From an uncultured Desulfobacteraceae bacterium (GTDB lineage: Bacteria; Desulfobacterota; Syntrophobacteria; BM002): a stretch of DNA of 63,556 bases. Shown here piece after piece: positions 1 to 9,267 of the stretch (positions are counted from its first letter, which is position 1; every line of letters starts with the position of its first letter). The notes under the pieces are model-generated. The model was given only the letters and a program-made list of their open reading frames with translations, made no database searches and was not told where the DNA came from. The position numbers were made by a program, and so were the translations under genes. The DNA lies in the NCBI GenBank assembly GCA_964346905.1, contig CAYFXH010000005.1:1-63556 (forward strand), written 5' to 3'.

Positions 1-1952
1 GCCCCCATGATCATGGCCAGGTCCACGTCCCTGGTGTCTGCAACCACACCCTCCTCCATTATGAGATCCACTTCTCGGGTGAGATTGGTAAGCACCCGCT
101 CAATGATCTCTTCTTTACGGAAATCCTTCTCACTCTCTTGCTGCCAGATCTTGTTTACCTCGGGATCCACCTTGCGGTTGGGAGGTTCACCAATGTAGAT
201 CCCAGGTAGTTGTGCCTCTACCAATCGTTTCAGGTTCGCATTGATGGGAAACCGCTGGGGTCCGAAGGCGCGGTTCAGGGTCTCTTGCACATGGAGGGCC
301 ACGGCCGGCCCCACCATCCCCAGCAATTCGAAGGGTGCCATGGGCAGACCCAGGCCGAGCAGGGCCTCATCCACTTGTTTGAAGTCAGCCCCCTGGTCAA
401 CCATCTCGAGGCAGTCCACCAGCATCTTGGTCAAGAGGCGGTTGACCAGAAATCCGGCAGAGTCCTTCACGAGGATTCCGGTCTTTTTGAGCTGTTTGGC
501 AACGGCAAAGGCAGTGGCCAAGGTAATCTTGTTGGTTTGTTGGCCGGTGATGATTTCCACGAGCGGCAGAACTGCCACCGGATTGAAAAAGTGGAATCCC
601 ACCACCCGTGCGGGGTGGTTGAGCTTGGAGGCCATCTCGGTGATGGAAAGGCTGGAGGTGTTGGTGGCAAGGATGCAGGCTGAGGAGATCACCGCCTCAG
701 CCTCGGCGAATACCTGCTGCTTAACATCCATGTCCTCGAAAACAGCTTCGATGACGAAATCGCAGTCGGCAAAATCAGCCCATTCAAGAGTCCCCTTTAC
801 CAGCGTGAAAAGATAGTGGGCTCTGGGTTCAGGTACTCTGCCCTTTTCCACCAATCTGCCCAGTTCCGCCTGGATGTAGCCAAGGCCCTTGTCTACAAAC
901 TCCTGTTTGATATCCTTCATCACCACTGGCACCTCATAGCGGCGCAGGAAGAGAAGCGCTAGCTGAGAGGCCATGAGGCCTGCGCCGATGATACCCACCT
1001 TGGTAACGTTCTGAGGCTTGACTTTGGGAACTCCGGCGGGGCGCTTGGCCCTCCTCTGGACCAGATCAAACGAATAGATGCTTGCCTTGCATTGGCGGCT
1101 TTTGATGAGATCCCCCAGGGCTTTGTCTTCCTCAGCGAATCCCTGCTCCACATCCAAGCTGAAGGCAGCCTCGATCAATTCCAAAGCTCGATACGGTGCA
1201 ACGGTGGCACCATGAACCTTGCTGTCCACAAAAGTACGGGCTTTTTCCAGCAGGGGTTTTAGCTCGCTGGAATCCACCGGTGTACGTTCCACTTTTTCGC
1301 TGCCTGCAATGATCCCCTCCAGAAAACGGATGGAATCATCCAGGAACTCGGCGGTGTCGAATAAGCGATCAGCCAACCCCATCTCAAAGGCCTGGGCACC
1401 ATTAATCATGCGATTCTGGTTCAGAGGATTGAAGATGATGAGTTCCAGTGCCTTCTCCGGCCCCAGCAGACGGGGAGCTAAGGTAGAGCCGCCCCAACCG
1501 GGAACTAATCCCAGAAAGCACTCCGGGAAAGCGATGGCGGTGACACCTTTGGAAACGGTACGGTAGTCGCAATACAAGGCGATTTCGAGGCCGCCGCCAA
1601 GAGCGGCACCGTTTATAGCCGCCACGGTGGGGTGGGGAAGATCCATTATTCGCTTGAAGGTAGTATGGCCGTATTCACCGATGGCCTTTCCCTGCTCGAA
1701 GGTGTTGATAAAAGGAATCTGGGTAAGATCGGCGCCGGCGGCAAAGATATAGGGCTTTCCAGTAAGCAGAAGCCCTTTTACCTCTGGTTCCTTTTCAATC
1801 ACATCCAAGGCATGGTGCAGGGAGTTGAGCGCCTCCTCATTAAAGGTGGTGGGTTTTTTGTAATCTTCACCATTATCCATAGTCAGCAGAGCGATTTTAC
1901 CCACTCTGGACTCATAGAAGTGCGGGTAGAATGTAGTGACGGTCTTGGCCAT
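1..1952 (-). CDS. Fatty-acid oxidation multifunctional enzyme (enoyl-CoA hydratase N-domain + 3-hydroxyacyl-CoA dehydrogenase); the C-terminal end runs off the left window edge
   Basis: Absent from the ORF track because there is no stop in the window. Hand translation from ATG at 1952 (AAGGAGAA RBS just upstream) gives MAKTVTTFYPHFYESRVGKIALLTMDNGE...AINGAALGGGLEIALYCDYR (crotonase). Further on come GAGLMASQLALLF and VVGFHFFNPV (NAD-dependent HAD). The frame stays open to position 1. Confidence 0.85.
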   Translation of the reverse strand, partial: MAKTVTTFYPHFYESRVGKIALLTMDNGEDYKKPTTFNEEALNSLHHALDVIEKEPEVKGLLLTGKPYIFAAGADLTQIPFINTFEQGKAIGEYGHTTFKRIMDLPHPTVAAINGAALGGGLEIALYCDYRTVSKGVTAIAFPECFLGLVPGWGGSTLAPRLLGPEKALELIIFNPLNQNRMINGAQAFEMGLADRLFDTAEFLDDSIRFLEGIIAGSEKVERTPVDSSELKPLLEKARTFVDSKVHGATVAPYRALELIEAAFSLDVEQGFAEEDKALGDLIKSRQCKASIYSFDLVQRRAKRPAGVPKVKPQNVTKVGIIGAGLMASQLALLFLRRYEVPVVMKDIKQEFVDKGLGYIQAELGRLVEKGRVPEPRAHYLFTLVKGTLEWADFADCDFVIEAVFEDMDVKQQVFAEAEAVISSACILATNTSSLSITEMASKLNHPARVVGFHFFNPVAVLPLVEIITGQQTNKITLATAFAVAKQLKKTGILVKDSAGFLVNRLLTKMLVDCLEMVDQGADFKQVDEALLGLGLPMAPFELLGMVGPAVALHVQETLNRAFGPQRFPINANLKRLVEAQLPGIYIGEPPNRKVDPEVNKIWQQESEKDFRKEEIIERVLTNLTREVDLIMEEGVVADTRDVDLAMIMG

Positions 1953-2079
1953 GGTTTCTCCTTCATGGTTTGCCGGTTGAGCCAGTGGAGCCGGGTTACC
2001 ATTGCTTTCTTTAGAGGATGAGTGTATCGATAATTCTTAAGAAGGTAACAGGCTTAACTGGCCAGACCGACTAAACGAA

Positions 2080-3309
2080 CTATTTCTTCTTGGCTGAAGG
2101 TTTTTTCCTGGACGCTTTCCTGCCGTTACCTTGAAGATTTTCCCAGACAACCGCACCTCCCTGACCCAAGCCTACACACATGGTCGCCAAGCCGTACTTG
2201 GCTTTAGGGTTTTCGGCAAACTCGTGCATGAGATGAATCATTAAACGAGGCCCGGAGGAAGCTAGGGGGTGGCCAAAGGCAATGGCTCCTCCCCACGGGT
2301 TCAGACGAGGTTCATCAGGCCATTGGAGGTTGAACTCTTTCATGAAGGCAATGCACTGCACGGCAAAGGCCTCGTTGAGCTCAATGAGGCCAATATCGTC
2401 CATGCTGAGTTCCGAGATTTTGAGAACCTTGTGGGTGGCAGGGATGGGTCCCAACCCCATGACCTCGGGCCTGACTCCGGCATAGGTGTAAGCCACCAAA
2501 CGCATTTTCGGCTGGATGCCGAGCTTCTTGGCCCTGTCCGCCGACATGAGCAAAACCCCACAGGCGCCGTCATTAAGGCCCGAGGCATTGCCAGCGGTCA
2601 CCTTTCCCATGGGGCGGAAGGGGGTTTTCAGATCCTTAAGCCCCTCCATGGTGGTATCGGGACGGAGTTGCTGATCACGATCCGCAACCACCCAACCCTG
2701 GGGGGTGTAAACGGTCATGGGCACAATCATCTTGTGGATTTTCCCTTCTTTATATGCTCTGGCAGTTTTCTGCTGGGACAGCATGGCGTATTCATCCGCC
2801 ATCTCCTTGGATATCTCCGGGAACATATCGTGGAGATTTTCGGCTGTCTTTCCCATCACAAGGGCGTCTTCCGAGACCAGCCGTTCCACCAGAAATCTGG
2901 GATTGGGATCGGCAGTGGCGGCCATGGGGTGATGCCCCATGTGTTCCACACCACCGGCTATGGCGATATCAAAAGCGCCCAGCGCTATTTCCGAGGCGGC
3001 GGTGGTAACCGCGGTCATGCCCCCGGCGCACATGCGATCCACCGAGGCTCCAGCGCACTTCTCAGAGAGTCCGGCCAGGATTGCCGAGGTTCTCCCGAGG
3101 GTGAGGCCCTGATCTTTCTCTTGGGTGGTGGCCCCCCACAAATTCTCTTCCACCATATCGGGAGTAACCTGGGAGTTGCGACGCAGAAGCTCACGGATGA
3201 CCTTCACCACCATATCATCAGCGCGGGTGTGCCAGAAAAATCCCTGTTCGCCAGCCCTGCCGAAGGGAGTGCGAATGCCATCCACCAGGACCACTTCTCG
3301 TGCCTTCAT
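2080..3309 (-). CDS. Acetyl-CoA C-acyltransferase (thiolase)
   Basis: 409 aa ORF. Carries VDGIRTPFGRAG, DRMCAGGMTAV (active-site Cys region), GNASGLNDGA and a MCVGLGQGGA C-terminal signature. Confidence 0.9.
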   Translation of the reverse strand: MKAREVVLVDGIRTPFGRAGEQGFFWHTRADDMVVKVIRELLRRNSQVTPDMVEENLWGATTQEKDQGLTLGRTSAILAGLSEKCAGASVDRMCAGGMTAVTTAASEIALGAFDIAIAGGVEHMGHHPMAATADPNPRFLVERLVSEDALVMGKTAENLHDMFPEISKEMADEYAMLSQQKTARAYKEGKIHKMIVPMTVYTPQGWVVADRDQQLRPDTTMEGLKDLKTPFRPMGKVTAGNASGLNDGACGVLLMSADRAKKLGIQPKMRLVAYTYAGVRPEVMGLGPIPATHKVLKISELSMDDIGLIELNEAFAVQCIAFMKEFNLQWPDEPRLNPWGGAIAFGHPLASSGPRLMIHLMHEFAENPKAKYGLATMCVGLGQGGAVVWENLQGNGRKASRKKPSAKKK

Positions 3310-3348
3310 ATTTCTGCTCCTTTTCTGAGTGAAAGTAGCTAGTATTTC

Positions 3349-3414
3349 ACCACAAAGGTCACAAAGCTATACAATATCTACAATACCCTCTGTGCTCTTT
3401 GTGTTCTTCGTGGT
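3349..3414. repeat. Inverted repeat built on CACAAAG / CTTTGTG words between the acyl-CoA dehydrogenase and thiolase genes
   Basis: ACCACAAAGGTCACAAAGC (3349-3367) is mirrored by GCTCTTTGTGTTCTTCGTGGT (3394-3414). It matches the reverse complement at 16 of 19 positions, with a 2 nt insertion. Confidence 0.65.
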
Positions 3415-3431
3415 CCATAGAGTGACATGCC

Positions 3432-5291
3432 TCAGTTTAAGGCGAAAGCTTCTTCCGGGATGTCCACTGCTGCCCGCTCACCGCTCATTATGGCTCGAGC
3501 CTTACCCTGCGCGAGAGGAAGCACATTTGTGATAAAGAATTCGGCCGAGGCGACCTTTCCCCGATAGAAGGCGGCGCTCCGATTCGTTGCCACAATCTGA
3601 CGCTGTGATTCAACGTCCTTAGCTCCGGCGTCCAGGTACATTTCATGGAGACGGCGATTCGCTATGAGTGCCTGCCACAAGAGCATGAATCCCACGGCAA
3701 CATCCCCGAAAAGTTCCAGGTAGGGAGTAGCGTAAAGCAGGGTCTCCATGTAATCTTCGGTCATGCCCTTGAGACCGAAGTATTTGGTTACCTGTATGAG
3801 TTGTTCCCGTGCAGCCTCAAAGGTAGCCACGAGTTCTCGCAGTTCGAAGTCCTTGCGCGCCCACTTGAGAAATTCTTCGGTTTCCGCAATCAGTCGCTTG
3901 AAAAGCTGTCCCCTCTTTATGACCAGCTTTCGTCCCACCAAATCAAGAGCCTGAATACCATTGGTACCCTCGTAGATGGATGCGATCTTGCAATCACGCA
4001 GGTGTTGCTCAACAGGATATTCCTGACAATAGCCGTAGCCACCGTGAACCTGGATCGCGGTTTCGCAGACCCGAAAACCCATGTCGCTGCCATAGGCCTT
4101 GCAGACCGGGATGAGGATATCAATGAAGTCCTGGTATTTTTCTCTTTCCTCTTCGTCTTCGGAGGAACGCACCATATCCTCACAGAAGCCGACGTAGTAG
4201 AGAAGGGCACGGAGACCTTCACTTACAGACTTCATAAACATGAGCATCCGACGCACATTAGGATGTTTGATGATGGGCACTTTCGGCGCGGTGGGGTCCT
4301 TCATCCGGCTGGCTTCACTACCCTGAATGCGCTCTTTGGCGAAGTGAAGCGCAGCCAAATAAGAGGCGGTGCCGTGAGAAAGTCCCTGCATGCCCACAAA
4401 GAGCCTGGACTCATTCATCATCTGAAACATGATGCGCATGCCTTGATTTTTCTCACCCAGGAGATAGCCTATACAGTTGTTATTTTCGCCGAAGTTCAGC
4501 GTGCAGGTGGGGGATCCGTGGATTCCCAGTTTGTGTTCGATGCCGCCGCAGGAGACATCGTTATCCACCAGGGTACCATTTTCCGGGCGCAACTTGGGTA
4601 TGATAAAGAGGGAAATACCCTTTGTTCCCGGCGGGGCTCCCTCAATCCGGGCCAATACCATGTGGACAATGTTTTCGGTGAGATCATGCTCTCCGCAGGA
4701 GATAAAGATCTTAGTACCGGAAATGGAGTAGGTGCCATCATCGTTGCGGATCGCTTTGGTGCGCAGAGCGCCCACGTCTGTTCCAGCCTGAGGTTCGGTG
4801 AGGCACATGGTCCCGCACCATTCACCGGTGTACATCTTGTCCATGAACGTGCGTTTCTGATTCTCAGTTCCGAAAACCTCTATGAGCCTGGCAGCTCCGT
4901 GGGTGAGCCCCGGGAACATAATGAGACTCCAGTTGGCTGCTCCGAATGCCTCTATGGCTGCGAGACTCAGGGCCACCGGTAGTCCCTGACCTCCCACCTC
5001 CACATCGTCAGTGATGGCGAGCCAACCTCCCTGCCGGTACATGTGGTAGGCACGATGGTACGACTCTGGCACCATCACCTTGCCATTTTCCAAAGAGCAC
5101 CTCTCCCGATCACCTTTGCGGTTGGCAGGAGCAAGTTCTTTTTCCGCCAATTTCCAAGCCTGCTCCAGGACCATGTCATACATTTCTTTGGAATATTCGG
5201 CATACTTGGCGGTATTAGAAAGCTGCTCGATGTCTAATTGCTCGAAGAGCACGAATTTGACATCTCTCTCATCCACCAGTAGATTCGCCAT
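3432..5291 (-). CDS. Long-form acyl-CoA dehydrogenase (about 600 aa type with a C-terminal extension)
   Basis: 619 aa ORF. Has an AGGAGA RBS, the motifs CLTEPQAGTDVG and IYEGTNGIQALDLVGRK, and sits in an operon with the thiolase and fadB-like genes. Confidence 0.88.
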   Translation of the reverse strand: MANLLVDERDVKFVLFEQLDIEQLSNTAKYAEYSKEMYDMVLEQAWKLAEKELAPANRKGDRERCSLENGKVMVPESYHRAYHMYRQGGWLAITDDVEVGGQGLPVALSLAAIEAFGAANWSLIMFPGLTHGAARLIEVFGTENQKRTFMDKMYTGEWCGTMCLTEPQAGTDVGALRTKAIRNDDGTYSISGTKIFISCGEHDLTENIVHMVLARIEGAPPGTKGISLFIIPKLRPENGTLVDNDVSCGGIEHKLGIHGSPTCTLNFGENNNCIGYLLGEKNQGMRIMFQMMNESRLFVGMQGLSHGTASYLAALHFAKERIQGSEASRMKDPTAPKVPIIKHPNVRRMLMFMKSVSEGLRALLYYVGFCEDMVRSSEDEEEREKYQDFIDILIPVCKAYGSDMGFRVCETAIQVHGGYGYCQEYPVEQHLRDCKIASIYEGTNGIQALDLVGRKLVIKRGQLFKRLIAETEEFLKWARKDFELRELVATFEAAREQLIQVTKYFGLKGMTEDYMETLLYATPYLELFGDVAVGFMLLWQALIANRRLHEMYLDAGAKDVESQRQIVATNRSAAFYRGKVASAEFFITNVLPLAQGKARAIMSGERAAVDIPEEAFALN

Positions 5292-5384
5292 TTTTCTCTC
5301 CTTGAATGCTCACTACGTTGGCCGCTTGGTGCAAAGCGCAGATCGCATAGAGTCTGTTAACAATGGTCTTTGTATTTGCATATT

Positions 5385-5981
5385 TCACCTTCCCTCACGA
5401 AGCCCCCGAATAAACAAATCGGCCAAGGGATCGGCCATCTGGGTAAGATCGTAATCCTTGCCGGCCAGTAGCCATGAGGTGACCGTTTCATCTATTGCAC
5501 CGAAAAACGCCTTTTTGACAGCGCTCAAGTAAAGATCCTTGCGAAACAACCCCTGCTGTTGGCCCTCTTCGATGATTTCACCAATGAGGTCGAAATAGCC
5601 TTTAAGATCCGGTTTAGGATAGGCACTCATGAAATGACGGCTCTGGCGGAGCTCCAGTTGAAATACTGCTGCCAGGTCAGCATGGTCCTGCATCTCAAAA
5701 AGGTGGAGGTGAACCAGTTTTCTCAGTTTGACCCCTGCGTCCTCTTCCTGGCTCAGCCGGCGATGAAATTCATGGATAAACCGTTGAACCTTCTCCTCGA
5801 AGATACTCATGAGAAGATCGTCTTTGTTCTTGAAATAGAGATAAATGGTGCCGGCGGCCACTCCAGCCTTTCGTGCTACGTCAGCAATGGTTGCCTGATG
5901 ATAGCCACTTTGGGCAAAGGATGTTATGGCCGCATTCATGATCAGCTCGCGTTTGTCGTTGCTTTTTTTTCCTCGGCCCAT
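5385..5981 (-). CDS. TetR-family transcriptional regulator, FadR/YsiA-like by context
   Basis: 198 aa. N-terminal HTH is AAITSFAQSGYHQATIADVARKAGVAAGTIYLYFKNKDDLL, with a GGAGGTGA RBS. It is the first gene of the beta-oxidation operon. Confidence 0.85.
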   Translation of the reverse strand: MGRGKKSNDKRELIMNAAITSFAQSGYHQATIADVARKAGVAAGTIYLYFKNKDDLLMSIFEEKVQRFIHEFHRRLSQEEDAGVKLRKLVHLHLFEMQDHADLAAVFQLELRQSRHFMSAYPKPDLKGYFDLIGEIIEEGQQQGLFRKDLYLSAVKKAFFGAIDETVTSWLLAGKDYDLTQMADPLADLFIRGLREGR

Positions 5982-6042
5982 GGGGAATCACCTCCGCGAA
6001 CCTGCCCTCCCACGGAGACACAGGGCGACGGCTGCCAGAATA

Positions 6043-6062
6043 ATGAATGAATGTTCATTCAT
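6043..6062. promoter_or_regulatory. Perfect 9-2-9 palindrome ATGAATGAA-TG-TTCATTCAT, candidate operator of the adjacent TetR/FadR-like repressor
   Basis: Read directly from the sequence. It lies about 60 bp upstream of the TetR start at the edge of a strongly AT-rich 180 bp tract (6061-6240). Confidence 0.6.
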
Positions 6063-6203
6063 AATTACTATTATATAGAAGTGGATGTAGATGTCAATAG
6101 TTTTCTCATGTACTACTATAAATATATTAATAATATATATTTATAATCTATTTTTTTGATAGCTTTTGATGAATCAACTGAAGAAATAGCAGTTATTATG
6201 TAT

Positions 6204-6217
6204 TGAATGAATATTCA
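6204..6217. promoter_or_regulatory. Second, shorter TGAAT-GAAT-ATTCA palindrome related to the 6043 site
   Basis: Shares the TGAATGAA word with the 6043-6062 palindrome and lies in the same divergent intergenic region. Confidence 0.35.
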
Positions 6218-6343
6218 GAAAAGATGGTTTCAGCACTGAATCTCAACCCCTTTTCTCTCACTCACACCCAGCGAACCTGGGAACATCCTTGCTCAACCAG
6301 AGAAAAGGTTCTACAATTCGGCTATTTCGCATAGCGCATTTTC

Positions 6344-6431
6344 CAGTAGGCAGTAGGCACCAGGCAGTTGGACCCGTGGTTCCATATCTTTTCGTTTCTT
6401 GGCCGAGTCGTAACAGCTGCCCGCTGCTAGC
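6344..6431. repeat. Hairpin element with heptamer-tandem arms in the queF leader
   Basis: CAGTAGG CAGTAGG CACCAGG CAGTTGG occupies 6344-6371. A 39 nt spacer follows, then GCTGCCC GCTGCTA GCTGATC at 6411-6431, which is an imperfect reverse complement. Confidence 0.55.
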
Positions 6432-6450
6432 TGATCAGGGGGTAAAGGTT

Positions 6451-6861
6451 ATGACTGAGAAGTTCAACCATCTGGGCAGCGGCGATACGGAATACCAGTA
6501 CACCGTCAACCCTGACTTTTTGGAGACTTTTGCCAATCCGCATCCGGAACGTGACTACACGGTGACCTTTACCACCCAGGAGGTGACGAGTCTCTGTCCC
6601 ATGACCGGTCAACCTGACTTCTACCGGATAACTATTACCTACATTCCGGAACGTCACTGCCTGGAGTCCAAATCACTCAAGCTCTACCTTTTCAGTTTTC
6701 GGCAGAGCGGAATGTTTGCTGAGGCCATGGCGAACCGCATCCTGGACGACCTGGTGAAGGTTTGTCGTCCCCGCTGGATGCAGGTGGAAAGCGTCATGAA
6801 CCCCAGAGGTGGTATCGGCCTTACCGTTCTGGTGGAGTACCGTGTTGATGAGCGCGAATGA
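6451..6861 (+). CDS. queF: NADPH-dependent 7-cyano-7-deazaguanine (preQ0) reductase, unimodular type
   Basis: The internal ATG at 6451 follows GGGGGTAAAGG. Motifs are SLCPMTGQPDFY (catalytic Cys) and ESKSLKLYLFSFR (QueF motif). The track ORF 6289.. is an upstream extension. Confidence 0.88.
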   Translation: MTEKFNHLGSGDTEYQYTVNPDFLETFANPHPERDYTVTFTTQEVTSLCPMTGQPDFYRITITYIPERHCLESKSLKLYLFSFRQSGMFAEAMANRILDDLVKVCRPRWMQVESVMNPRGGIGLTVLVEYRVDERE

Positions 6862-7507
6862 TCTGCGGGGAGCAGAGAGCTATCTGGCGATACTGGCTTG
6901 CATGTATGGTGGCAGTTTGGTGCTGGCCGCCGTCATGGCGAGCAAGATTATTGTGGTGGGACCTCTGGTGGTTCCAGCCGGGGTACTCGCCTACTGCCTG
7001 ACGTTTCTTGTTACGGATGTCATTAGCGAAATCTGGGGCAAAGAGCGGGCCCAGACGGTGGTTATGGGCGGGTTTGTTGCCTTGGTGCTTGTATTTGTGC
7101 TCACCGGGATAAGTATTCTCTGGCCCCCCGCTCCTTTCTGGCCGCACCAGCAAGCATACGAGACTATCCTGGGGAGCAGTGCCCGGATCATGGTAGCCAG
7201 CCTTATCGCTTACATCGTCAGCCAGTACCATGACGTCTGGGCTTTCCATTTTTGGAAGCGGCTGACGGGTGACCGCTTCTTATGGTTCCGTAACAATGCC
7301 TCTACAATTGTCTCCCAACTGGTGGACAGCGTCGTGTTCATCACCATAGCTTTCTCTGGTGTTATGCCGCTGGCGCCGCTCATTTTGGGACAGTGGGTAG
7401 TGAAAGTGGGAATCGCTGTGCTGGACACGCCTTTCGTCTACCTTCTGGTGTATCTGTTGAGACGTCGGTTACCGTCGACAAAGCTGGGACCAAGCTTTGA
7501 AACCTAG
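6848..7507 (+). CDS. yhhQ: Queuosine-precursor transporter, YhhQ/DUF165 family
   Basis: Multi-TM protein with VPAGVLAYCLTFLVTDVISEIWGKERA and NNASTIVSQLVDSVVFITIAF. It overlaps the queF stop by 14 nt. The start at 6848 is chosen from context. Confidence 0.8.
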   Translation: MSANDLRGAESYLAILACMYGGSLVLAAVMASKIIVVGPLVVPAGVLAYCLTFLVTDVISEIWGKERAQTVVMGGFVALVLVFVLTGISILWPPAPFWPHQQAYETILGSSARIMVASLIAYIVSQYHDVWAFHFWKRLTGDRFLWFRNNASTIVSQLVDSVVFITIAFSGVMPLAPLILGQWVVKVGIAVLDTPFVYLLVYLLRRRLPSTKLGPSFET

Positions 7508-7546
7508 AGGGAGCCAAAGGGAAACGGGCGAGAGATCTTCATCCTT

Positions 7547-7568
7547 GGGCCCATGAGGCCATTTTTTT
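7547..7568 (+). terminator. Weak candidate intrinsic terminator after yhhQ
   Basis: GGCC-CATGA-GGCC (only a 4 bp stem) followed by A then T7. Confidence 0.3.
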
Positions 7569-7683
7569 CTTGCGCTTCAAGGGTTAGCTAGCTAGGCTAC
7601 CAGTGACTTGAAGTTGCAATGCTTGGTGGGCAGTGCCTACCATGTACCGAGGAGAAAAGACAGTTCTAGGAGGGTAACCTTTC

Positions 7684-9267
7684 ATGAAAATCCTTATTAG
7701 CGACAGCCTCGCTCAGAAAGGCGTTGATCTACTCCGAAACGTCCCTGACTTTGAGGTGGAATTCAACCCTGGGCTCTCTCCCCAAGAGCTCAAGAGCGCT
7801 ATCAACGACGCTGAGGCTCTTGTTGTTAGAAGTGCCACCAAGGTGACCGCAGATATCATCGAGGCGGCACCACGGCTACGGGTGATTGGTCGGGCCGGAA
7901 TAGGTTTGGACAACGTGGATATCCCAGCGGCCAGCAAACGGGGTATTGTAGTCATGAACACCCCTGATGGAAACATTATCACCACGGCCGAACACACCAT
8001 AGCCATGCTCATGACCCTGTCGAGGAATATTCATCAGGCCACCACCTCCATGAAAGCCGGACATTGGGAGAAGAAAAGGTTCCTTGGACACGAAGTTTAC
8101 CATAAAACCCTGGGCATTATTGGCGTGGGTCGCATCGGGCGCATTGTCGCCGAACGTGCTATGGGTTTGCGCATGCAGGTGATTGCCTACGACCCACACC
8201 TGGAGCCTGAGACTATTCAAAGGTTGGGGGTTATTCCGGTGGGGCTGGACGAGCTTTTCCGCCGTTCAGACTATATCACCATACACACTCCCCTTACCCG
8301 GGACACGAAAGGTCTGCTCAACCGTGAGGCCTTTGCCAAGATGAAAGATGGGGTGATGATCATCAACTGTGCCCGCGGCGGTATTGTCAACGAGCAAGAT
8401 CTGTACGAAGCTATCACAAGCGGCAAGGTGGTGGGCGCAGCCCTGGATGTGTTCGAACAAGAACCACCCGGCGACCATCCCTTGCTCAAGCTGGAACAAG
8501 TAATCTGTACCCCTCATCTGGGAGCCTCCACTGGCGAAGCCCAGGAGAACGTGGCTGTGGGCATTGCCGAGCAGATCAAGGAGTTTCTTCTCGCCGGCGG
8601 CATCCGCAATGCCGTGAATACGCCCCAGATAACCTGCGAACTCATGAGCGAGATTTGTCATTACCTCAGCCTGGCTGAGAGATTGGGCTCCTTTCTCGGG
8701 CAGGTTACTCACGGTGCCATGAAAGAAGTGACCATTGAGTATATGGGCGGCGTGGCCCAGTTGGACACGGCACCTATCACGCTGTCAGCACTAAAAGGTC
8801 TTTTGGAGCCCATCCTTCAGCACGAAGTTAATTATGTTAACGCCCCTATCCTCGCCAGGGAACGGGGAATTCTGGTGAAGGATTCGAGGAGTGAGGAGGC
8901 ACAGGATTATCTCAACCTCATTACCATTCGGGTGAGAAGCACGGCTGAGGATACACTGGCCGCCGGGACCCTTTTCGGGAAGAAAGAGCCCCGACTGGTT
9001 CGCTTCAACAATACCTCCCTGGAAGCAGATATACGGGGCAACCTGGTGCTGATTTATAATGAGGATGTGCCCGGGACCTTCGGCAGTATTGGAACCTGTT
9101 TTGGTAAGCACAACATCAATATCTCCATGTGGAAAGCCGGTCAGATTATCGAAACCGGCGAGAATGTGCTGCTGCTTCGGGTTGACAACCCGGTGGAGGA
9201 GGAAACCATGGAAGATCTGATGGATCTGCCCAATGTTAACTCGGTACAGCTGTTGCACATCGCATAG
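7684..9267 (+). CDS. serA: D-3-phosphoglycerate dehydrogenase (long form with C-terminal ASB/ACT domains)
   Basis: 527 aa. Has GIIGVGRIGRIVAERA (NAD site), and the catalytic region contains CARGGIV and TPHLGAST. The long C-terminal regulatory region is present. Confidence 0.9.
   Translation: MKILISDSLAQKGVDLLRNVPDFEVEFNPGLSPQELKSAINDAEALVVRSATKVTADIIEAAPRLRVIGRAGIGLDNVDIPAASKRGIVVMNTPDGNIITTAEHTIAMLMTLSRNIHQATTSMKAGHWEKKRFLGHEVYHKTLGIIGVGRIGRIVAERAMGLRMQVIAYDPHLEPETIQRLGVIPVGLDELFRRSDYITIHTPLTRDTKGLLNREAFAKMKDGVMIINCARGGIVNEQDLYEAITSGKVVGAALDVFEQEPPGDHPLLKLEQVICTPHLGASTGEAQENVAVGIAEQIKEFLLAGGIRNAVNTPQITCELMSEICHYLSLAERLGSFLGQVTHGAMKEVTIEYMGGVAQLDTAPITLSALKGLLEPILQHEVNYVNAPILARERGILVKDSRSEEAQDYLNLITIRVRSTAEDTLAAGTLFGKKEPRLVRFNNTSLEADIRGNLVLIYNEDVPGTFGSIGTCFGKHNINISMWKAGQIIETGENVLLLRVDNPVEEETMEDLMDLPNVNSVQLLHIA

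Noticed and set aside
2269-3342. Long ORFs antisense to or overlapping clearly recognisable genes. Examples are 2269-3342, 3645-4982, 10617-11234, 28892-29512, 29788-30606, 46295-47071, 52962-53621, 55176-55937 and 59272-59817.
   Set aside because: Each is fully embedded opposite a gene with strong family motifs. They show low-complexity or Arg/Gly/Pro-rich composition and lack RBS support. They are typical shadow ORFs.
6240-6450. Possible preQ1 riboswitch upstream of queF, suggested by the word AAAAGGTTCTACAA, which superficially recalls the GGUUC of preQ1-I.
   Set aside because: I could not find the complementary P1 strand or the A-rich ...AAAAAACUA tail. The region is instead occupied by a heptamer-arm hairpin. 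This needs an Infernal scan to be certain.
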